A DNA stretch of 64,000 nucleotides, taken from Candidatus Yonathbacteria bacterium RIFCSPHIGHO2_02_FULL_44_14. Its GTDB lineage: Bacteria > Patescibacteriota > Minisyncoccia > Phycocordibacterales > UBA1550. Shown in pieces: positions 1 to 8,940 of the stretch. The first letter of the stretch is position 1. Each line of letters begins with the position of its first letter. The notes under the pieces are model-generated. The model had not been told where the DNA came from. It did not search any database and worked only from the letters and a program-made list of their open reading frames with translations. Location: positions 355 to 64,354 of the forward strand of contig MHUT01000012.1 in NCBI GenBank assembly GCA_001823535.1, in the 5' to 3' direction. A program made the position numbers and the translations under genes.

Positions 1-295
1 GTGGCAGATCGAGATCGTCGTATACCACGATTGTACGCTCTGCGTCTTTTGCATTCTTCACTAATGGTGCGACGCTTTTGCCTGACACATTCATAAAGTT
101 GTCCGGCAAAAGCAGAACAACTTTATCCTTTCCCCACGACCCTTTCGATACAAGCGCCTTCAAGCTCTTATCATTTATCCACTCGGGAAAATCATTCTTT
201 TTACGAAACGCCTCCATGACCATACGCCCCGCATTGTGTCGCGTGTTCTCGTATTCTTCTCCAGGGTTTCCAAGTCCGACGATTAGATACTGCAT
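1..295 (-). CDS. pth: Peptidyl-tRNA hydrolase (3' end outside the window)
   Basis: Not in the ORF track. Manual translation from ATG 295 gives MQYLIVGLGNPGEEYENTRHNAG...FMNVSG...VVYDDLDLP, the Pth signature motifs. Confidence 0.95.
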   Translation of the reverse strand, partial: MQYLIVGLGNPGEEYENTRHNAGRMVMEAFRKKNDFPEWINDKSLKALVSKGSWGKDKVVLLLPDNFMNVSGKSVAPLVKNAKDAERTIVVYDDLDLP

Positions 296-338
296 AAAGG
301 TTATGGTACAATGAAAAACACAGAATCCCAAATTTACT

Positions 339-1202
339 ATGAACTTCAGACCAGACCAATTTTCAGATTTCGAAAGAGACAGGAATTACATCCACCCCGC
401 AATTGAACATGCATACAATACGGCTGAAGAAACACTTGCAAAAAACGCAATTGACCCCCATGATTTCACAGAGCTTTACGGAGCAGAAAACATAGAACGC
501 GACCTCGCAAGGGTTGAGAAAAAAGAAAAAGGATTTACTGTTGATGCACCCAAAATATATGCCGAGGTCCTTGAGGCCATTTTATTTGACCAAATTGGGA
601 ACGGGGACTGGTTTGGGAAAGGAACGCGCGCGATTAAAACATCACAATACGATGACTACATCAATGGTAGTGACATTATTCTTGAACTTGAAGAAGTAAA
701 TCGCACGCTCTCCCATTTGTCACTTTCTGTCGATGTCACATTTGGAACAACAACCGAGGAAAAAAAGTTTGCGATGATTAAAAAACACATTGATGACGAA
801 ACTTTAGGAGAAATAAAATACTTTCACTCTGAGCGTGGCGGGTTTCAAGGAAAACTAAGTAGAGTTCCGCAAGTTGTCATTGGTGTTGAAAAAGAACTTC
901 TCATAAAACTCTCGGGACTGTGGGCTGACAAACACGGACGCAAAGAAGAAAACAGTGAGGAATTGGCATCACACCCGGTGCAGCGTCTTATTTTTGCAGA
1001 AATTCTTCTCCAGCTCCAAACATTCAGGATCTATGCAGAAGAAACAAAAAAAGAATCTATTGTCCCAATTTACGAAAAAAGTATCAATATACTCGAGGAA
1101 ATTCTACGGGGAAAAGGACCAGCTGGCCTAGGTGACCTTCGTAATGACAAAGTATTCACTGCAATCCGTGAATCACTCCAGGTATTTAAAACTCTCTCCT
1201 AG
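339..1202 (+). CDS. Hypothetical protein, 287 aa, possible nuclease-like fold
   Basis: Long ORF with acidic motif YDDYINGSDII...SVDVTF; extended -10 TGGTACAAT upstream. Confidence 0.7.
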   Translation: MNFRPDQFSDFERDRNYIHPAIEHAYNTAEETLAKNAIDPHDFTELYGAENIERDLARVEKKEKGFTVDAPKIYAEVLEAILFDQIGNGDWFGKGTRAIKTSQYDDYINGSDIILELEEVNRTLSHLSLSVDVTFGTTTEEKKFAMIKKHIDDETLGEIKYFHSERGGFQGKLSRVPQVVIGVEKELLIKLSGLWADKHGRKEENSEELASHPVQRLIFAEILLQLQTFRIYAEETKKESIVPIYEKSINILEEILRGKGPAGLGDLRNDKVFTAIRESLQVFKTLS

Positions 1203-1279
1203 CCAACAAAGTATCACTACGACACACATTCCGCCTTTGCATCAAGTACGTTTGTGTTTTATGATGATGTCACCAATCT

Positions 1280-1879
1280 ATGAATGAAGATTTATCAACA
1301 TCTGATCCTGTCTCTCCTGTCGAAAAAAATCATTCGTTTCGCGAAGAAGCGTGGGAAACTTTTCGTTTCCTTCTTATTGCACTCGCGATCGTTATTCCTA
1401 TTCGTGTCTTCATAGCGCAGCCTTTCATTGTATCTGGCGCATCAATGGACCCAACGTTCAAAGACAAGCAATACGTCATCGTTGATGAGCTTTCATACCA
1501 CATTGGCGACCCCGCGCGCGGAGATGTGGTGATATTCAAATATCCCAAAAACCCGAAACAATATTTCATCAAACGTGTCATCGGCCTCCCAGAAGAAACC
1601 ATTCTTGTAGACGGGAAAGGAAGAGTGTTTATAAAAAACAAAGATGGTAAAATAGCACTCACTTTAAATGAACCTTATGTCGCCTACCCAAAAGATGACT
1701 CGATGGAACGCATTCTCAAGGTCGGCGAATATTTTATGATGGGAGACAATCGCGCGGGAAGCTTTGACTCGCGCGCATGGGGACCAGTCAACCGCGACCT
1801 CATCGTAGGCAAAGCATTTTTGCGATTGTTCCCCGTGAGCACCATCGACATCCTGCCGGGCCAATACAGGCAATCTTAA
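1280..1879 (+). CDS. lepB: Signal peptidase I
   Basis: N-terminal TM helix; motifs SGASMDPT, IKRVIGLP and GDNRAGSFDSR. Confidence 0.96.
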   Translation: MNEDLSTSDPVSPVEKNHSFREEAWETFRFLLIALAIVIPIRVFIAQPFIVSGASMDPTFKDKQYVIVDELSYHIGDPARGDVVIFKYPKNPKQYFIKRVIGLPEETILVDGKGRVFIKNKDGKIALTLNEPYVAYPKDDSMERILKVGEYFMMGDNRAGSFDSRAWGPVNRDLIVGKAFLRLFPVSTIDILPGQYRQS

Positions 1880-1884
1880 ATATC

Positions 1885-3228
1885 ATGACCAACGATAAAA
1901 AAACAGAAAAGCCAAAAAAACTTCGTGAGGAAGATATTGCGAGCCCAAAAGGAATGCGCGACATTCTCGACAAAGAGTATTATGCGTACCAAGGTTTTTT
2001 TGAAAAAGCATCCGACATCGCCACGTATTATGGATTTCGTCCCATTGAAACACCTATACTTGAACGCGAAGCGGTATTTACATCAAGCCTGGGAGTTGGT
2101 ACAGACATCCGTGATAAAGAAATGTACACACTCAAAACCAAAGGTGGCGACCATTTAGTAATGCGCCCCGAGGGTACCGCGGGGATCATGCGCGCGTACA
2201 TCGAAAACGGCATGCAGGCGCTGCCTCAGCCAGTAATGTTTTACAATTACGGTCCCTACTTTCGCCACGAAAATCCACAGCGTGGACGACTTCGCGAACT
2301 CCGTCAATTTGGACTCGAAATTTTAGGTACACCAAAAAGCATCGCTGATGCCCTGATTATCCGCACAATGACCTTGATCCTCGACGAAGCTGGTTTCAAA
2401 AATCTTTCAGTCGAGATCAACAGTATCGGCGACAAGGAATGTCGTTCAGGGTACATGCGTGAGTTCACTAACTATTACAAAAAACATATCGCGACTCTTT
2501 GTCCTGACTGCAAGGAGCGCATTAGGATAAACCCTCTTCGCCTTCTCGATTGCAAGGACTCTCGATGTCAGGATGTAAAAGCAAACGCACCGACCCCTAT
2601 TGATTCACTCTGTAATGATTGCCGTCACCACTTCAAAGAGGTTATCGAATATCTCGAAGAGATGAATATTGCATATCGCATCAACAAAAATCTTGTTCGC
2701 GGACTCGACTATTATACCCGCACTGTATTTGAGATTATTGAGCTTGATCTAGTTCCTGAAGAAGGGGTCATCATTCCAACGCCGCTTTCACTCGGAGGAG
2801 GCGGTCGCTATGACCTTCTTGCAAAATCGCTCGGCAGCAAAAAAGATGTTCCTGCTGTCGGTGGCGCCATCGGTGTTGACCGTGTCATTATGTCGCCATC
2901 ACACAAACCGCTCAATCCGCGCATTTTGAAAAAACCAAAAGTATATTTTATTCAGCTTGGCAACGAAGCAAAGCTCAAGAGCTTCGCAATCATCGAGACC
3001 CTTCGCAAAGCACACGTACCTATCGCACAATCACTTTCGAAAGACGGTCTCGCGCAACAACTCGCCATTGCCGAGCGAAGTGGCGCACCCTACACCATTA
3101 TCTTTGGACAAAAAGAAGCCCTCGACAATACCATCATCGCGCGCAATATGGAAACTCGCTCGCAGGAGACCGTGAAGCTCGCAGACCTCCCCGACTTCGT
3201 GAAGCATTTGAAGGATGAGCTCCGATAG
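1885..3228 (+). CDS. hisS: Histidyl-tRNA synthetase
   Basis: Motifs PKGMRD, MRPEGTA, FRHENPQRGRLRE, LVRGLDYY and GGGRYD. Start moved to ATG 1885, after the lepB stop. Confidence 0.97.
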   Translation: MTNDKKTEKPKKLREEDIASPKGMRDILDKEYYAYQGFFEKASDIATYYGFRPIETPILEREAVFTSSLGVGTDIRDKEMYTLKTKGGDHLVMRPEGTAGIMRAYIENGMQALPQPVMFYNYGPYFRHENPQRGRLRELRQFGLEILGTPKSIADALIIRTMTLILDEAGFKNLSVEINSIGDKECRSGYMREFTNYYKKHIATLCPDCKERIRINPLRLLDCKDSRCQDVKANAPTPIDSLCNDCRHHFKEVIEYLEEMNIAYRINKNLVRGLDYYTRTVFEIIELDLVPEEGVIIPTPLSLGGGGRYDLLAKSLGSKKDVPAVGGAIGVDRVIMSPSHKPLNPRILKKPKVYFIQLGNEAKLKSFAIIETLRKAHVPIAQSLSKDGLAQQLAIAERSGAPYTIIFGQKEALDNTIIARNMETRSQETVKLADLPDFVKHLKDELR

Positions 3229-3280
3229 CAACTAACCCAACAATAGTGCGATAGCGGGTTATTGTTGGGTTAGTTGCTAT
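3225..3280. terminator. 21-bp inverted repeat between convergent hisS and upp (likely bidirectional terminator)
   Basis: ATAGCAACTAACCCAACAATA-N14-TATTGTTGGGTTAGTTGCTAT. Confidence 0.7.
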
Positions 3281-3285
3281 AGATT

Positions 3286-3837
3286 TTAATTCCCAAAATA
3301 CCGATCGCCAAAATCACCGAGACCGGGAACGATGTATCCTTTCTTATTTAATTTTTTGTCGTACTCTGCGCAGAGAATGCGCACGAGCGGGAAATTCTTT
3401 TGTAGATTTGCGATGCCTTCTGGCGCAGAGATGATACCGACAAAAACAATGTTCTCTTCACGCGCACCCGCTTTGACGAGCGTGGCTATACCAGCGATTG
3501 CCGAGCCCCCTGTTGCAAGCATAGGGTCAAGCACCACAACTACGTCATTTTTTGAAATTTTTGGAATGTTCTGGTAGTAAGCTTTCGGCTTGAGCGTTTT
3601 TTCATTACGCTTGAGTCCAATAAACCCAACAGACGCCTCTGGAAATTTTTCTATAAACGCCGGCAAGAGCGCAAGCCCCGCGCGTAAAATTGGCACCAGA
3701 ATAATTCTAACTTTCTCTTCTTTCTCAATGTGCCGAGAAACTTCCTTTGCAAGCACAGATGCAACACCCTGCGCTGCTTCACGAAACTCTCCTGTCTTTG
3801 CTTTTCTGTTGCGCAGAATTATAAATGGGTCTTTCAT
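3286..3837 (-). CDS. upp: Uracil phosphoribosyltransferase
   Basis: Motifs VPILRAG, LDPMLATGGS and YIVPGLGDFGDRYFG. Start is probably ATG 3837 (alternative 3858). Confidence 0.95.
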   Translation of the reverse strand: MKDPFIILRNRKAKTGEFREAAQGVASVLAKEVSRHIEKEEKVRIILVPILRAGLALLPAFIEKFPEASVGFIGLKRNEKTLKPKAYYQNIPKISKNDVVVVLDPMLATGGSAIAGIATLVKAGAREENIVFVGIISAPEGIANLQKNFPLVRILCAEYDKKLNKKGYIVPGLGDFGDRYFGN

Positions 3838-3861
3838 ATTTGTATTTGGTATACTCATTGT

Positions 3862-4503
3862 ATGTCATTCCCTATAATTTTTAAAGACCGATCTGAGGCA
3901 GGCAAAAAACTTGCAGAAGTTTTAACCGAGTTCAAAAATTCTAGCGCGATTGTGCTTGCGCTTCCTCGTGGTGGCGTAATGACAGGGAAAGAGATTGCGG
4001 AGGCACTCAGCCTCCCGCTCGATATCATTGTCACGCGAAAAATCGGCGCACCGGGAAATGACGAGTATGCAATAGGCGCAATCGACCTCGACGGCAATGG
4101 GGTGTGGAATGAAATGGAACACGCTTATGTTGATAAAAAATGGCTCGAAGCCAAAATAGCATCAGAAAAAATAGAGGCAAAGCGAAGATGGGACACCTAT
4201 CGCAAAGGAAGGGGTGAGCTCGATTTAAAAAACAAAGTGGTCATTATTGTGGACGACGGCATCGCAACTGGACTCACGATGCAGGCGGCTGTGGCATACG
4301 CGAAACACAAAGGCGCAGAAAGAATCATTGTAGCAGTGCCTGTGGCGTCCGCCGAGTCTGTGCGAACACTCAAAAACAGCGCAGATGTGCGCACAATTGA
4401 AACACCCACCTTCTTTTCCGCTGTTGGGGAATGGTATGAAGATTTCCCTCAGGTTTCTGACAAGGAGGTCGTTAGCGCCCTTGCACCAAAAAGCCCTTTG
4501 TGA
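3862..4503 (+). CDS. Phosphoribosyltransferase family protein
   Basis: Motifs FKDRSEAG, LPRGG, RKIGAP, VDDGIATG and VGEWYEDFPQV; TGGTATACT lies 6 nt upstream of ATG 3862. Confidence 0.9.
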   Translation: MSFPIIFKDRSEAGKKLAEVLTEFKNSSAIVLALPRGGVMTGKEIAEALSLPLDIIVTRKIGAPGNDEYAIGAIDLDGNGVWNEMEHAYVDKKWLEAKIASEKIEAKRRWDTYRKGRGELDLKNKVVIIVDDGIATGLTMQAAVAYAKHKGAERIIVAVPVASAESVRTLKNSADVRTIETPTFFSAVGEWYEDFPQVSDKEVVSALAPKSPL

Positions 4504-4516
4504 TAGTATATCGCCT

Positions 4517-4777
4517 ATGTCTACGGTAAACGCAGAAGTCAAGAAAAATAACAACGAAAACGCAATCAGCCTTATTCGCCGCTTCACCAAGCGCGTTCAG
4601 GGTTCAGGAATTATTCCTCGCGTTCGCTCAATTCGCTATAACCAACGCAAGCCTAATCATGCAAGAATGAAGAAGGACGCGCTTGTTGTCCTCGGAATGC
4701 GCAAGGAGTACCAACTCCTGGAAAAGCTCGGCAAACTCCCTGAGAAAAAACAAAAGGGTCGCCCAAAATCGAGTTAA
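4517..4777 (+). CDS. rpsU: 30S ribosomal protein bS21
   Basis: Small basic protein with EVKKNNNENAISLIRRFTKRVQGSGII. Confidence 0.8.
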   Translation: MSTVNAEVKKNNNENAISLIRRFTKRVQGSGIIPRVRSIRYNQRKPNHARMKKDALVVLGMRKEYQLLEKLGKLPEKKQKGRPKSS

Positions 4778-4794
4778 GACTTACGCCTCGTCTC

Positions 4795-5172
4795 ATGTCG
4801 CTCTCGATTACGAATACTACAAAAGGCAAGCTCCCCCGCTTGCCTTTTGCTAAAATGGCCGAAGCAGTACTCGGAAAGGAGTATGATTGTTCACTTGTAA
4901 TTGTGAGTTCCCGAAAGTCGCGAGAACTCAATCGTACTTATCGCGGAAAAGATTATCCAACAAACATTCTGTCATTTCCGCTCGATGAAAACGAGGGTGA
5001 GATATTTCTTGATCTCAAAAAAACACAAGCCGAAGCGGCACCCTTTGAACGCTCGTACACTAATTTTGTCGGATTTCTTTTTATACACGGGCTCCTTCAT
5101 CTCAAAGGACTTGATCATGGAGTAAAAATGGAAAATGCAGAGAAAAAAATCCGTACAATTTTTAAAATTTAG
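4795..5172 (+). CDS. ybeY: rRNA maturation endoribonuclease YbeY
   Basis: Motifs LNRTYRGKDYPTNILSF and HGLLHLKGLDH. Confidence 0.95.
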   Translation: MSLSITNTTKGKLPRLPFAKMAEAVLGKEYDCSLVIVSSRKSRELNRTYRGKDYPTNILSFPLDENEGEIFLDLKKTQAEAAPFERSYTNFVGFLFIHGLLHLKGLDHGVKMENAEKKIRTIFKI

Positions 5173-5190
5173 TTTTATTAGCAACGTAGA

Positions 5191-5222
5191 CGAATCAATA
5201 GATTTGCGTCTTGGTCGAAGAC
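5191..5222 (+). repeat. Short, internally deleted copy of the dispersed CGAATC...CGTCTTGG repeat
   Basis: CGAATCAATAGATTTGCGTCTTGGTCGAAGAC resembles both ends of the copies at 6590, 19688 and 33493. Confidence 0.5.
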
Positions 5223-5239
5223 TTTAATAAAATATCAAT

Positions 5240-5345
5240 TTTCATTTCCGAGCCGGGGAGATATAATATAGACTTCCGCGATCTCTGTTACAGGAGTATA
5301 TATTACTCATTCGTAGCCATAGGTACTGTAGTATTTCTCCAGCAT
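5240..5345 (+). ncRNA. Candidate structured RNA upstream of ftsA
   Basis: GGGGAGATAT (5255-5264) pairs with GTATTTCTCC (5331-5340), with nested helices and several G-U pairs on the + strand. TTGCGT-N18-TAAAAT lies upstream. Confidence 0.35.
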
Positions 5346-5397
5346 GCGCGTGTATGTTTGATAGCCCAGGTTTTTTTGCTACAATAGAGGGTATATT

Positions 5398-6561
5398 ATG
5401 AGCACTCGCATCAAACGCATAGCAACCGGCATTGATGTCGGCACACACGCAACACGCGTTGTTATTGTAGAGCACTCGCGCGGGGAATCGCCAGTTATTA
5501 TCGGCACTGGTGTTTCCGAGACACGCGGTTTGCGACACGGATATATAATAAACAAAATAGATGCGATTCGAAGCATTAGCAATGCTCTTGCAAATGCAGA
5601 AAAAATGGCGGGTTTTAAAATCAAAAATGCCATACTCTCCATTGGCGGTATAAGCCTTGAATCAGTGGTCTCTCATGGTGCCTCCATTGTATCCCGTGCG
5701 TCTGGTGAAGTAAGCGAGATAGACATCAGAAAGTCGGCGAAGGATGCAGAGGAAAATCTCACTCACCTTACCAACAAACGTATCATTTATCGTACACCAC
5801 TCCGCTACAAGCTCGACAGCAAGGAAGTTTTAGGTGACCCTCTCGGAATGACTGGAACCAAGCTTGATGTAAAAATGCTCTTTGTTACCTGCTTGGAACA
5901 GCATCTAAATGATATCATCCGCACCATTGAGGAACTCGGCGTCGAGGTAGACGAGGTTGTGCCATCCCCCATCGCTGCAGCTCAAGTTGCGCTCAATAAA
6001 AAACAGAGAGCGGTCGGGTGCGCGTTGGTAAACATCGGGGCAGAAACTGTTTCTATTGCGGTGTTTGAAAATGACACGCCGATTTCGCTTCAAATATTCC
6101 CCATCGGCTCAACCGACATTACTAATGACATCGCGCTTGGACTAAAGATTCCATTACAAGAAGCTGAGAAAATAAAAGTGAGCGGTCCTGAAGGAATTTA
6201 TTCTAAAAAGAAACTTGAGGAGATCATTGAGGCGCGACTCTATGATATTTTTGAACTTATCGATGCCCATTTAAAAAAAATCGGGAGGAGCGGCCTTCTA
6301 CCCGCGGGAGTTGTGCTCACTGGTGGCGGTGCCGGTATCGCAACAATCGAAGACCTTGCGAAAGCCGTTCTGAAGCTCCCGTCATCCATTGCGCACCCCG
6401 CAATCGCAAATGCTGGCAAACACCCAGTCAAAGACTCTTCGTGGCTTGTGGCATACGGACTTGCGGTCTATGCGCTGCAAAAACCATCTGAAACCGCAGA
6501 AACCGGTCTTAGCGATATTTTTGAAACTCTAAAAAGCTGGATAAAACCGTTTTTGCCATAA
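5398..6561 (+). CDS. ftsA: Cell division protein FtsA
   Basis: Motifs GIDVGT, VNIGAETV, ITNDIALGLK and GVVLTGGGA; directly upstream of ftsZ. Confidence 0.96.
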   Translation: MSTRIKRIATGIDVGTHATRVVIVEHSRGESPVIIGTGVSETRGLRHGYIINKIDAIRSISNALANAEKMAGFKIKNAILSIGGISLESVVSHGASIVSRASGEVSEIDIRKSAKDAEENLTHLTNKRIIYRTPLRYKLDSKEVLGDPLGMTGTKLDVKMLFVTCLEQHLNDIIRTIEELGVEVDEVVPSPIAAAQVALNKKQRAVGCALVNIGAETVSIAVFENDTPISLQIFPIGSTDITNDIALGLKIPLQEAEKIKVSGPEGIYSKKKLEEIIEARLYDIFELIDAHLKKIGRSGLLPAGVVLTGGGAGIATIEDLAKAVLKLPSSIAHPAIANAGKHPVKDSSWLVAYGLAVYALQKPSETAETGLSDIFETLKSWIKPFLP

Positions 6562-6589
6562 GAAAAAACTGCTCAACTTTGTGAACTTT

Positions 6590-6643
6590 CGAATCAGCTG
6601 ATTCTGAACTAGCAAGTTCACGTCTTGGACGCAAGCTTGGACC
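6590..6643 (+). repeat. Dispersed ~55-bp repeat, copy upstream of the ftsZ promoter
   Basis: CGAATCAGCTGATTCTGAACTAGCAAGTTCACGTCTTGGACGCAAGCTTGG matches the reverse complement of 19688-19742 and 33493-33547. Confidence 0.85.
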
Positions 6644-6724
6644 TAGGCACTTTTGACTTTATGGACTCTTTCTTGGTATTCTACTAATACTAATAATTAG
6701 CAGTTTTAAATCAGCCCATCAGTT

Positions 6725-7960
6725 ATGCCAAAAGTACAACCGGAAGTAGAAGCATTTGCCCGCATCAAAGTCATCGGAATCGGTGGCTCAGGAAAAAACG
6801 CGGTGAACCATATGATTAATTCGAAAGTCAAAGGCGTCGAATTCATTGTAATGAACACCGATGCACAAGATCTACATCATTCACTCGCGCAGAAAAAAAT
6901 TCACATCGGCAAAAATCTCACACGAGGACTAGGCACCGGCATGAACCCAGAAATAGGTCGTAAAGCCGCAGAAGAAACGAAGGAGGAAGTGCAAGGAGTA
7001 TTGAAGGGTGCAGACATGGTCTTTATTGCAGGAGGAATGGGTGGTGGTACTGGCACGGGCGCGGCGCCCGTTGTTGCAAGTATTGCAAAAGAACAGGGTG
7101 CTCTCACTATCGGCGTTGTCACGCGACCATTTACATTTGAAGGTTCACATCGTGGCAGGCTTGCCGAACAAGGTCTCGACGAACTTCGCAAACAAGTTGA
7201 CGCGCTCATCATTGTTCCAAACGACCGCATTTTAAGTGTTGCTGACAAAGACACTACTTTTAAATCGGCTTTCACTATGAGTGACGAGGTGCTTCGCCAG
7301 GCAGTTGAAGGCATCTCTGACCTCATCACTACTCCAGGCATCATCAATGTCGACTTTGCGGACATTCGCTCAGTACTTTCCAATGCTGGATCGGCACTCC
7401 TCGGTATCGGCTCATCGAGCGGGGAAAACCGCGCTCAAGAAGCGGCGCTTGCAGCGATAAACTCCCCCCTGCTTGACCTTTCAATTTCTGGCGCGAAGGG
7501 GGTTTTATTTGCTATCGCAGGCGGTGCAGACCTTCGCATGCACGAGATCAACGAAGCGGCAAAAATTATTACGGAATCAATCGACCCCGATGCGCGCGTT
7601 ATCTTTGGAGCCATCCTCGATGACAAACTAAAAAAGAATGAGCTCAAAATCACTGTCATCGCAGCAGGTTTTCCAGAGGGTGTAGAAAAACGAGCTCTCA
7701 ATTCTTTTGCCACTAAAACACAGAGTGTTCAGCGCGAAGAAAATCGAGACAGGACCGTAGAGAAGCGCGAAATCAATAATAGCTTCGTTGAGCAAGAGCC
7801 AAAAAAAGTTGAGGTATCGCGTGAAAGCACAAAAACAGCGCTCGATAAAGAGCCTGTTGCGGTTATAGATCTCGAAGCAGAAGGAGCCGAAGACTGGAGT
7901 GCTGTTCCCGCATTTCTCCGTCGCCCAAAAAAAAATATAAACCGAGATGAACAACAGTAA
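6725..7960 (+). CDS. ftsZ: Cell division protein FtsZ
   Basis: Tubulin signature GMGGGTGTG, NVDFAD and C-terminal VPAFLRR. Confidence 0.99.
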   Translation: MPKVQPEVEAFARIKVIGIGGSGKNAVNHMINSKVKGVEFIVMNTDAQDLHHSLAQKKIHIGKNLTRGLGTGMNPEIGRKAAEETKEEVQGVLKGADMVFIAGGMGGGTGTGAAPVVASIAKEQGALTIGVVTRPFTFEGSHRGRLAEQGLDELRKQVDALIIVPNDRILSVADKDTTFKSAFTMSDEVLRQAVEGISDLITTPGIINVDFADIRSVLSNAGSALLGIGSSSGENRAQEAALAAINSPLLDLSISGAKGVLFAIAGGADLRMHEINEAAKIITESIDPDARVIFGAILDDKLKKNELKITVIAAGFPEGVEKRALNSFATKTQSVQREENRDRTVEKREINNSFVEQEPKKVEVSRESTKTALDKEPVAVIDLEAEGAEDWSAVPAFLRRPKKNINRDEQQ

Positions 7961-8882
7961 TATTTACGACCTCATCATCATTGGAGGAGGCCCTGCAGGA
8001 GCCGCTGCGGGTGTGTATGCCGCACGCAAGCGACTAAAAACATTGATGCTTGCCGAAGTATTTGGCGGGCAATCGACAGACTCTGCTGAGGTACAAAACT
8101 GGATAGGTACTATTTCTATATCTGGCGAAGCTCTTGCATTATCGCTTAAAAAACACGTTGAAGCATACGCGGGCGAAGTACTCACTATACGTGATGAGCG
8201 CGTGCAAAAGCTCGAAGCTCGAGAGGGCACTTTTATTGCGACAACAGACAAAAATTCGTACGCGGCACGCACCGTACTTGTAGCGACAGGGAGTCACAGG
8301 CGCAAGCTCGATGCCGAGGGAGCGGACAAATTTGAACACAAAGGTGTTACCTACTGCGCTTCCTGCGATGGTCCAATGTTTGAAGGTCAAGACCTCGCTG
8401 TCATTGGCGGAGGAAATTCCGCATTTGAAACAGCAGCTCAGCTCCTTGCGTATGCAAAAAGCGTGACGATCATTCATCGGAGTCCAGAGTTCAACCGTGC
8501 TGATCAAATAACTGTAGAAAAAGTGCTATCGCATCCAAACATGCGAGCTGTTAAAAATGTTGAAATTCTTGAAATTAAGGGGGAGAAATTTGTTACAAGT
8601 ATTACCTACCGCAATAAAACAACAAACCAGGTAATCGAGCTTCCTGTTGGTGGCATCTTTGTAGAAATCGGGCAACTTCCAAACACTGAATTTTTAAAAG
8701 GTGTTGTCAGTTTAAATGACCACGATCATGTTGTCATTGATCCGCGTACTCAAAAAACGAGTATGCCTGGCATTTGGTCCGCAGGCGATTGTACCGACAC
8801 ACTCTATCACCAAAACAACATTGCCGCAGGCGACGCAGTCCGCGCCCTTGAAGACATCTATCAATATTTGCGTTCAAAGTAG
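7947..8882 (+). CDS. trxB: Thioredoxin reductase (TrxB/AhpF-like)
   Basis: Motifs GGGPAG, CASCDG, GGGNSA and AGD. Confidence 0.88.
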   Translation: MNNSNIYDLIIIGGGPAGAAAGVYAARKRLKTLMLAEVFGGQSTDSAEVQNWIGTISISGEALALSLKKHVEAYAGEVLTIRDERVQKLEAREGTFIATTDKNSYAARTVLVATGSHRRKLDAEGADKFEHKGVTYCASCDGPMFEGQDLAVIGGGNSAFETAAQLLAYAKSVTIIHRSPEFNRADQITVEKVLSHPNMRAVKNVEILEIKGEKFVTSITYRNKTTNQVIELPVGGIFVEIGQLPNTEFLKGVVSLNDHDHVVIDPRTQKTSMPGIWSAGDCTDTLYHQNNIAAGDAVRALEDIYQYLRSK

Positions 8883-8940
8883 CCAAAATAAAAAAAGCAA
8901 ATTCTCACGATGCGAGAATTTGCTTTCTTTGTTTTGGCTA

